Source: Candidatus Atribacteria bacterium (GTDB taxonomy: Bacteria > Atribacterota > Atribacteria > Atribacterales > JASGLU01). Taken from it: a DNA stretch of 64,000 bases. Within the stretch, counting starts at the first letter, position 1; every line of letters starts with the position of its first letter. The notes beneath the pieces are model-generated. The model was not told the origin of the DNA. It worked only from the letters and a program-made list of their open reading frames with translations, and ran no database searches. Positions 57,284-64,000 of the stretch are shown here, piece after piece. Position numbers and translations under genes: made by a program. The stretch spans positions 2,556 to 66,555 of the forward strand of contig JASGLU010000001.1 of the NCBI GenBank assembly GCA_030156825.1, read 5' to 3'.

Positions 57284-57811
57284 CTAAATGGTCTCGATAG
57301 AAATACTCTGGTTGGTGTAAATACAGATTTCCGAGGCGATTTGGAGAGATATCCGCACAATTTCTTCTGCCCCCAGATCGGTATAACCCAAAAGAGCTTT
57401 AGCCGAAGATAGGGCAAAGTTGCCTCCGGAACCAATAGCCGCTACCGGTTCGTCCGGTTCAATTACATCTCCCTTGCCGGAAACAATAAATATTTGATTT
57501 TTGTCCATAGTAAGGAGCAAGGCGTCGAGCTGGCGCAATATCTTGTCAGTGCGCCACAGTTTGGCCAATTCAATTGCTGCCCGAGGCAAGTTCCCGCTGT
57601 AGGTATTTAACTTTTCTTCAAATCGATCCAGCAGAGATAAGGAATCGGCCACACTGCCAGCGAACCCGGCTAATACCCGTCCTTGATAAAGCCGACGAAT
57701 TTTTTTGGCTCCCTGCTTTAAAACGGTATCATTAAGGGTCACCTGGCCGTCGGAACCAATTGCCCCCTTCCCTTCTTTTAATACTGCTAACACAGTGGTA
57801 GATCGAACCAT
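57284..57811 (-). CDS. hslV: ATP-dependent protease subunit HslV
   Basis: Ntn-hydrolase N-terminus MVRS-TTVLAV and the GSGG motif. ATG 57811 follows AAGGAG and lies 2 nt after the xerC stop. Confidence 0.9.
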   Translation of the reverse strand: MVRSTTVLAVLKEGKGAIGSDGQVTLNDTVLKQGAKKIRRLYQGRVLAGFAGSVADSLSLLDRFEEKLNTYSGNLPRAAIELAKLWRTDKILRQLDALLLTMDKNQIFIVSGKGDVIEPDEPVAAIGSGGNFALSSAKALLGYTDLGAEEIVRISLQIASEICIYTNQSISIETI

Positions 57812-57812
57812 A

Positions 57813-58742
57813 TCAGTTCTCCTTTCTTCCAGCTCGAGGATGGGTCTGGTCATAAACTGCTTTCATTTTTTTCCAATCAATATGGGTGTAAATTTGAGTG
57901 GTGGAAAGGCTTGAGTGACCTAATGCTTCTTGAACAGTTCGCAAATCGGCCCCACCCATTAAAAAATGAGTAGCGAAACTATGACGGAAAGTATGAGGGG
58001 AAACTTTTTTATGGGTAAAACCCATCCGTTTTAACAGAGTATCTAAAATTTTTCTCACCCCACGTGTCCCTAAAGCTTCGCCCCGGTTATTTAAAAATAG
58101 CTTTGAAGAAGAAGTGAAATTTTCTCGAAAAAGCAAATAATTTTCTAAGTATTCCTGAACTTTAGGAGCAAAAGGGACTACCCTTTCTTTCCCTCCTTTT
58201 CCTTTTACTCGAACCAGTCTCTGGGTTAAGTCTATACTGTCTAACTCCAACTGAGTTATTTCCCCCACCCTCAGCCCACTGGCATAAAGCAGTCCAAATA
58301 AAGCTCGATTACGAGCAGTAAGGAACTTAGGGGAATTTTCCCACTCTTTTTGCAATTTTTCTAAAATAGATTTAATTTCCTCTTCAGTTAAAAAGTCCGG
58401 TAGTTTTTTTTCTATCGAAATAGTTCCTATTTGATCGGTGGGATTTTGGTCAATTATTCCCCTTCGACGGAGGAAGCGAAAAAAAGAACGAAGAGCTGAT
58501 GCCCGGTTAGCCTGAGAAACCCGCTTCAAATTGTGATGAGTTTTCAACCAAGCCATAAAAGAACCGACCTCTTGCGAAGAAATTTGTGTAATAGACAAGT
58601 TTTTCTTTTGTAAAAATTGAGTTAACGCTTCCAGAGTAAAACGATAATTATCAATCGTATGTTGGGAATAACGTTTTTCTTTTTCCAAATAATCTAAAAA
58701 TAGATTTACCAAATTACTATTTTCCCGATAAACTGATTTCAA
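57813..58742 (-). CDS. xerC: Tyrosine recombinase XerC/CodV-like
   Basis: Catalytic residues in ASGLRVGE, HTFRHSFATH, LGHSSLSTTQIYTH. Conserved xerC-hslV-hslU context. Confidence 0.85.
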   Translation of the reverse strand: MKSVYRENSNLVNLFLDYLEKEKRYSQHTIDNYRFTLEALTQFLQKKNLSITQISSQEVGSFMAWLKTHHNLKRVSQANRASALRSFFRFLRRRGIIDQNPTDQIGTISIEKKLPDFLTEEEIKSILEKLQKEWENSPKFLTARNRALFGLLYASGLRVGEITQLELDSIDLTQRLVRVKGKGGKERVVPFAPKVQEYLENYLLFRENFTSSSKLFLNNRGEALGTRGVRKILDTLLKRMGFTHKKVSPHTFRHSFATHFLMGGADLRTVQEALGHSSLSTTQIYTHIDWKKMKAVYDQTHPRAGRKEN

Positions 58743-60051
58743 GCGGTACCCCTTTCCAGTCCATGGTTTCTCTTAAAAATTTTTCTATCCATTTTTTCAG
58801 CATTTCTTCTTTTTTCCCCACTCCCGAAAAATTGGTGTGTAAGATAAATCGGGGTGGAGCTACTTGCTCTTGAAAAATATAGTAAATTTGGAAAAACTTA
58901 CCGGAAGGTAGGGCCCATTTAAATTGATTTAACTCTTCTTTAATAGTTTTGTTCAAGAAACTGGTTTTTAACCGCTGGTAATAACGGGTAGTAATATTAC
59001 CTAACAAAGGGAAAATTTGAGAAGCAATTGTTTCCTCCAAAGCATACCCCATCACCAGCTCGCTATAATAAAGAAAGTTTAAATCTTGCCTGACCCATTC
59101 TTTAATTTCCGACTCTTTAACCTTTGTTTCTCTTACTAAATCCATTTTATTTACAAACACAATACATCCCTTTTTATTCTGAACAATCTGGGCAGCAATC
59201 CTTTTGTCCTGACGGGTAATTCCCTGGATAGGGTCAACTACCAAAAGACAAATTGAGGATTCTTCAATGCTTCCTTCTGTCCGCCGGGAAGCATAAAAGT
59301 CAAGTTTGTCTGCTTTTGCCCCTCGAGAAAGGCCAGCGGTGTCTATCAATCGGAAAGCACCAAAAGGGGTGTGGATGGTAGACCCTACAGCATCCCGCGT
59401 AGTGCCGGGATGAACAGAAACCAGAGAACGATGATAACCTAAAAGACGATTATAGAGGGTAGATTTTCCTACATTGGGTTTACCTACTATGGCCACCGAT
59501 GTTGGTGTTTCTTGCCTGGCGGTCGAGCTTGTCTCTTCTTGTTCTTGAATTTCTTGGGAAATCACCCGTTTGAGATTAGCTATCCCGTCTCCATGTAGAG
59601 CCGAAATTTGAACAACCGGGTCCAGCCCTAAGGTTAAGAACTCGGTTGGTGGTAGCTGGTGAGTTACCCCTTCTCTTTTGTTCACTACTAAAATAATCGG
59701 AATTTGCTCTTTCCTCAGCCGAGCAGCTATTTCCGCTTCCAGGCCGGTAAGGTGGGTTCGGCCATCTACCACGAAAAGAGCTACCCTGGCTTCTTTTAAA
59801 ACTTCCCACACTTTTTGCTCTATTTCTCTCTGAAGAGATTGGGGATGAACCCCCCAGACCTCTAAACCCCCGGTATCAACTATTTTAACCGGTTGTCCTC
59901 CGATTTCCACTAAGTTTTCTAAAAAATCACGGGTTACTCCGGGAGAAGGGTCTACAATAGCTAATCTTTTTTTAGAAAGACGATTAAACAAGGTGGACTT
60001 TCCTACATTAGCCCGACCTACAATCGCTACCAGAGGAAAATCAGCTTTCAA
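58717..60051 (-). CDS. der: Ribosome biogenesis GTPase Der (EngA)
   Basis: Two tandem G domains (GRANVGKSTLFN; GKPNVGKSTLYN) plus a KH-like C-terminus. Confidence 0.92.
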   Translation of the reverse strand: MKADFPLVAIVGRANVGKSTLFNRLSKKRLAIVDPSPGVTRDFLENLVEIGGQPVKIVDTGGLEVWGVHPQSLQREIEQKVWEVLKEARVALFVVDGRTHLTGLEAEIAARLRKEQIPIILVVNKREGVTHQLPPTEFLTLGLDPVVQISALHGDGIANLKRVISQEIQEQEETSSTARQETPTSVAIVGKPNVGKSTLYNRLLGYHRSLVSVHPGTTRDAVGSTIHTPFGAFRLIDTAGLSRGAKADKLDFYASRRTEGSIEESSICLLVVDPIQGITRQDKRIAAQIVQNKKGCIVFVNKMDLVRETKVKESEIKEWVRQDLNFLYYSELVMGYALEETIASQIFPLLGNITTRYYQRLKTSFLNKTIKEELNQFKWALPSGKFFQIYYIFQEQVAPPRFILHTNFSGVGKKEEMLKKWIEKFLRETMDWKGVPLEISLSGK

Positions 60052-60940
60052 TTTTTTCTCCTTGGGAAAATTTCTCGAGTCGTTTTACAACTTCTTCTAC
60101 TATCCAATTAGGGGTAGAAGTTCCACTTGTGACCAAGACCAAACCCTGGTTAACAAGCGAGAGGTCAAGTTCATCCGCCTTTTCAATCCAGATGGTTGGT
60201 ATCCCTTCTTCCTTGGCTACTAAGAAAAGGGCTCTTGTGTTTGAACTCTGTTTTCCTCCGATTACTATCACTCTTTCAATGCCTTCTTTTTGAATTTTTT
60301 CTCTCAACTCTTGCTGCCGGTTTCCGGTTTCTAAGCACAAAGTGGAAAAGAGCTTTGTTTTTTCTTCTAATCCTTTATTTCGTAGCCAGTTTTTGAATTG
60401 GAGAAAACTACGAATGGGGAAAGTGGTTTGCTCTATTATTGCTGGCCTTCCTTTCCAGGCCGGATGGGATAGACTTCTTTCCCATTCTTCCTCTTTTCCT
60501 CCCAGAACCAGTGCTTTCCCATCTATGTAACTTAAAAGAGCTTTAATTTCAGGATGAAACAAATTTCCTAAAATCACCAGTGAGAAGTTATCTTGGTTTA
60601 GCTTCTGAGCTAAAAGTTGAACCTTTTTAACCCGGGGACAGGTAGTATTGACTAAGCGAACCCCTTTTTCTTCTAAAGCAACCAAGGTTTCCTTTTCTAA
60701 GCCATGAGAACGGGAAATCACCCACGAGTCACCTTTTATTTCCGAAACAGCATGAATCAATCTGGCTCCTCTTGTTTGCAGCTCTTCTACCGCTTGTCGG
60801 TTATGAACCAGTTCTCCCAGAAGATATACCGGAGAGGTGCCACTCTGATTTAAAGTTTCAAAAGTTAAATTAAAAGCCCTTTGTACTCCCGGGCAAAAGC
60901 CGATTGATTTTGCTTTCACAACTTTCATATTAGTCTTCAA
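60041..60940 (-). CDS. ispH: 4-hydroxy-3-methylbut-2-enyl diphosphate reductase
   Basis: LytB motifs GFCPGVQRA, TTCPRV, SSNT. Confidence 0.9.
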   Translation of the reverse strand: MKTNMKVVKAKSIGFCPGVQRAFNLTFETLNQSGTSPVYLLGELVHNRQAVEELQTRGARLIHAVSEIKGDSWVISRSHGLEKETLVALEEKGVRLVNTTCPRVKKVQLLAQKLNQDNFSLVILGNLFHPEIKALLSYIDGKALVLGGKEEEWERSLSHPAWKGRPAIIEQTTFPIRSFLQFKNWLRNKGLEEKTKLFSTLCLETGNRQQELREKIQKEGIERVIVIGGKQSSNTRALFLVAKEEGIPTIWIEKADELDLSLVNQGLVLVTSGTSTPNWIVEEVVKRLEKFSQGEKIES

Positions 60941-61592
60941 CCACCATAGATAATAAAGTATTTACCACTTCTTCTATTTTCAGGGAAGAAGTATCTACTA
61001 AAATCGCATCTTCCGCCTGTTTGAGGGGAGAATCTTCTCGATTGGAATCTATGAAGTCCCTTTCCCGAATATTGTCTAAGATTGCGAAATAATCGGTTTC
61101 TAACCCCTTTTGTTTTAGTTCCCACCATCGCCGAAAAGCCCGGATTTCTGGTAAAGCAACGAGGAAAATCTTGAGATCGGCTTCCGGCAGAACCACGGTG
61201 CCGATATCTCTCCCTTCGGTTACCGAATTACTGGATAAAGCCAGCTCTCTTTGTTTTCCTCTTAAATACTGGCGGACTTCGGGAATTTTCGCCACTAAAG
61301 ATACATGTTGATCCACCATTGGTTCCCGAATAGCCTTGGTCACTTCCTGCTGGTTCAGAAAAATTCGGTGACAATTTTGTTCTCTTTCTAACCGAAGGTC
61401 AACCTGTTTTAAAAGCTTTCTTACTTGAGCAAAGTTATCAGCTTGAAAATTATGCTGAAGAAAATACCAGGTAAGAGCCCGGTACATAGCCCCGGTATCC
61501 ACATACAAATACTCTAATCGTTCAGCTAAAATTCGGGCAACCGTACTTTTCCCGGCTCCGGCCGGGCCATCAATAGCAATGTGTTTTTTCAC
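60930..61592 (-). CDS. cmk: Cytidylate kinase
   Basis: IAIDGPAGAGKSTVAR and GRDIGTVVLP. Confidence 0.92.
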   Translation of the reverse strand: MKKHIAIDGPAGAGKSTVARILAERLEYLYVDTGAMYRALTWYFLQHNFQADNFAQVRKLLKQVDLRLEREQNCHRIFLNQQEVTKAIREPMVDQHVSLVAKIPEVRQYLRGKQRELALSSNSVTEGRDIGTVVLPEADLKIFLVALPEIRAFRRWWELKQKGLETDYFAILDNIRERDFIDSNREDSPLKQAEDAILVDTSSLKIEEVVNTLLSMVVED

Positions 61593-61618
61593 CCGCGCAA
61601 ATTCACCTTTCCTTGTTT

Positions 61619-62938
61619 TTATTTTTCAAAATCAACTTTTATGGTAGGACAACCGAACTGTTGCAGATGGTCGAAAAATTGAGGATAGCTTATTTCTATG
61701 CAATCTACTCCCTCTACAGTTACCTCTTTTTGACTTATTAAACCGGCAATTACCAAACTCATAGCTATCCGGTGATCGTTAAAACTTTTAACTCTTCCTC
61801 CTTTTAAAGGGGAACCTCCCTGGATTATTAACCCGTCCTTTTTCTCTTCTACCTGGGCTCCCAACTGAGAAAAACCGCAAGCAATTGCCCTTAGTCTATC
61901 ACTTTCTTTTACTCTCAGCTCCTCCGCTCCCCAGATTGTGGTTTTACCCTCGGCCTGGGTAGCTAAGAGAGATAAAATTGGTATCTCATCGATTATAGCC
62001 GGGATTTTATCTGGACCCAATTCAATTCCTCGCAGCTTAGAATACGAGGCTTCAACTTCTCCCCGGAGTTCACCGAAATCTTCTCTGACTTTTCCAACCG
62101 TTACTTTTGCCCCCATTTCCCGTAGAGCTTCCAAAAACCCGCATCGGGTAGGATTCAATCCCACGTCTTCCACCACCACCCGGGAGCCTTCAACTAAGAT
62201 GGCGGCCGCTAAAAGAAAAGCAGCAGAAGAAATATCTCCTGGCAAATTAAAATCTCGGGCCCTCAGTTCTCTCGGAGGAGTTACCTTAAGTCGTCCCTTG
62301 CTTTTTGTAATTTCTACTCCTAAATAGCGCAACATATTTTCAGTGTGGTCGCGAGAGGGAAATGGCTCTTCAATAAAAGAAGGACCGTTTCCTCGAAGAG
62401 CAGCGAAGATAAGGGAAGATTTTACCTGAGCGCTTGCTACCTTCAACTGGTAAGAAAAGGAATCCAATTGGTTTTTCCCTAAAATGAAAATTGGAGGAAA
62501 GCGGTCTTTTGCCCTACTACCGATGGATGCCCCAGTCAACCTTAAGGGTTCGATAATTCTTCTCATCGGGCGATTTCGCAAACTTTCATCTCCGGTAAGA
62601 ACTGTTAGTCCTTCGATTCCAGCTGCTATTCCACTTAAGAGACGAATAGTAGTACCAGAGTTTCCAGCATCAATCACGTTTTCTGGTTCATGAAGACTGC
62701 CTGAACTTTCTATTATTACTTTTTCTTCTTCCGGAGAAAGAGAAAAAGAAATTCCCATAGCCCTCAGACAGTTTAAAGTAGAGAGACAATCTTGACAAAA
62801 AGAAAAGCCACTTATTTCAGTTCTACCCTGACTTAAAGCTCCAATCATAGCTGCTCGGTGACTGAGTGATTTATCTCGAGCAGCTTTTAAACTTCCTCCA
62901 AGAGGATTAGTAGTCGGGGTTACAGTCGCTTTTTTCAT
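61619..62938 (-). CDS. aroA: 3-phosphoshikimate 1-carboxyvinyltransferase (EPSP synthase)
   Basis: DKSLSHRA, GNSGTTIRLL, RVKESDR, DHRIAMS. Confidence 0.92.
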   Translation of the reverse strand: MKKATVTPTTNPLGGSLKAARDKSLSHRAAMIGALSQGRTEISGFSFCQDCLSTLNCLRAMGISFSLSPEEEKVIIESSGSLHEPENVIDAGNSGTTIRLLSGIAAGIEGLTVLTGDESLRNRPMRRIIEPLRLTGASIGSRAKDRFPPIFILGKNQLDSFSYQLKVASAQVKSSLIFAALRGNGPSFIEEPFPSRDHTENMLRYLGVEITKSKGRLKVTPPRELRARDFNLPGDISSAAFLLAAAILVEGSRVVVEDVGLNPTRCGFLEALREMGAKVTVGKVREDFGELRGEVEASYSKLRGIELGPDKIPAIIDEIPILSLLATQAEGKTTIWGAEELRVKESDRLRAIACGFSQLGAQVEEKKDGLIIQGGSPLKGGRVKSFNDHRIAMSLVIAGLISQKEVTVEGVDCIEISYPQFFDHLQQFGCPTIKVDFEK

Positions 62939-63305
62939 AGTTATCCTCTACTAAATCTTTTCGGAGAGAGCGCGCTTGTCTCAGATAAACCGGCTCGATC
63001 TTTGTTTTTCCTTCTTCTACCTCTACCAGAGCTAACATCCGGATACAACGAGGGAGGGCAGAGTTAACTTCCATTTCCTGGCTGCAGAGAATGGGAAGCC
63101 GTTGAAAAGGCTCTTGTTCTCTAATTGCCCGGGCAGGGAATGCTGAATGGATATCCGGGGTAGCGGTAATAAATAGAGTAACTACCTGAGGTGGAGAAAG
63201 CTGGTTTTTCTCCATCATGGTTTGAAAAAGAATGAGCGAAGCCTCACTTATCTCCGGTTCTATGTCATTTTCCACGGTAATTGCCCCTCGGATTCCTCGT
63301 ATCAT
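62907..63305 (-). CDS. aroH: Chorismate mutase, AroH class
   Basis: MIRGIRGAITVE...TATPDIHSAFPARAIRE is co-linear with remembered Bacillus subtilis AroH. Confidence 0.85.
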   Translation of the reverse strand: MIRGIRGAITVENDIEPEISEASLILFQTMMEKNQLSPPQVVTLFITATPDIHSAFPARAIREQEPFQRLPILCSQEMEVNSALPRCIRMLALVEVEEGKTKIEPVYLRQARSLRKDLVEDNYEKSDCNPDY

Positions 63306-63317
63306 TATTTTTCCTCC

Positions 63318-63851
63318 TTAAAATTCAAACCCTTCTCGAGCTTTAATCCCCTTAGTATAGGGATGTTTGATTTCTCTCATCTCGGTTACCAAATCGGCCA
63401 TATCGATCAGTTGCTCTGGGACTCTTCTACCGGTGATTACTACCTCTACTTGGGGTTTTCTTTCCCGGAGCACCTGCTCAAGTTCTTCCCAATTTAAAAG
63501 ATTAAAAGCAAAAGCATAACTGATTTCATCTAAAATAACCAGTCGGTGAGTTCCCTCGTGGAGAGCACGCTTAGCCAGTTCCCAGCCAGCTCTAAACTCT
63601 TTTTGGTCTTCCGAATTAATTTCTCTCCCGAGTAAAAAATCCCCACTTCCAAACTGATAAAACTCTGCTTGAGGAATGCACTGGAAAGCCGCCATTTCTC
63701 CGGTGAACTGCCTTTTGAAAAACTGGACAAAGAGCACCCGCAAAGAATGACCTAAGGCTCGAAGCGCCACTCCCAAAGAGGCAGTAGTTTTTCCTTTACC
63801 GTTGCCAAAGTAAACTTGAATTAAACCCTGATCATCGGTCATCTTTCTCAA
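63318..63851 (-). CDS. cobO: Cob(I)yrinic acid a,c-diamide adenosyltransferase (CobO/BtuR type)
   Basis: P-loop GNGKGKTTASLG and the LDEI motif; 177 aa. Confidence 0.85.
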   Translation of the reverse strand: MRKMTDDQGLIQVYFGNGKGKTTASLGVALRALGHSLRVLFVQFFKRQFTGEMAAFQCIPQAEFYQFGSGDFLLGREINSEDQKEFRAGWELAKRALHEGTHRLVILDEISYAFAFNLLNWEELEQVLRERKPQVEVVITGRRVPEQLIDMADLVTEMREIKHPYTKGIKAREGFEF

Positions 63852-64000
63852 TCCTTCCTGCCATTTCTCCCTTTTCTTTATTTTTCATCATTTGTTGCAA
63901 ACGAGTTAGTTCTTCTGGGGTTAGGAACCGCCATTCCCCAGGTAAAAGTCCCGGATCCAGCTTTATAGGCCCCATTTGGTTCCTGATTAATCTGAGCACC
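63841..64000 (-). CDS. Probable pseudouridine synthase (RsuA/RluB family), C-terminal end; 5' part outside window
   Basis: Own translation of the minus strand gives ...IRNQMGPIKLDPGLLPGEWRFLTPEELTRLQQMM...DDR*. The GxLxxGEWRxLTxEE tail is typical of the family. The stop overlaps the cobO start. Confidence 0.45.

Overview
This is a 64-kb chromosomal window from a low-GC, probably anaerobic bacterium. It carries hydF, many Fe-S proteins and an Mbh-order Mrp module; the lineage cannot be fixed from sequence alone.

Layout:
- 1-10.9 kb: an IclR-linked oxidative sugar/aldonate utilisation locus. It encodes two ABC permeases, two Gfo/Idh/MocA oxidoreductases, an SMP-30 lactonase, a creatininase-family protein, RidA, an enolase-superfamily dehydratase, an SDR, an unknown 448-aa protein and a PfkB kinase.
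- 10.9-18.9 kb: the most interesting part. A textbook c-di-GMP-I (GEMM-I) riboswitch precedes a C39-like cysteine-peptidase lipoprotein. Next come a 924-aa lipid-anchored multi-repeat adhesin with a poly-Gly hinge, then a soluble GAF histidine kinase, a NarL-type regulator and an orphan receiver.
- 18.9-32 kb: hydF, a GT39 glycosyltransferase, DUF2284, nth, an SSF symporter, a Zn-ADH, a radical-SAM/SPASM enzyme, a DRG-like GTPase and DUF362.
- 32.3-37.7 kb: an 8-gene Mrp/Mbh-order cation/proton module.
- 38.2-40.4 kb: a secreted beta-propeller/phytase-like protein.
- 40.4-42.6 kb: decayed IS debris and an aldo/keto-reductase remnant.
- 42.9-44.8 kb: two tandem CsgG-like secreted proteins.
- 45-64 kb: a tightly packed minus-strand housekeeping block, in transcription order (pseudouridine synthase)-cobO-aroH-aroA-cmk-ispH-der-xerC-hslVU, then rpsB-tsf-pyrH-frr-uppS-cdsA-dxr-rseP-ispG-proS-GT2-hflX.

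Nearly every larger intergenic gap is filled with a family of short hairpin repeats whose stems co-vary. A ~190-bp repeat also occurs as an inverted pair around a 2.75-kb segment. I found no tRNA, rRNA or CRISPR array.

All protein family calls come from motif recognition by eye, not from database searches.
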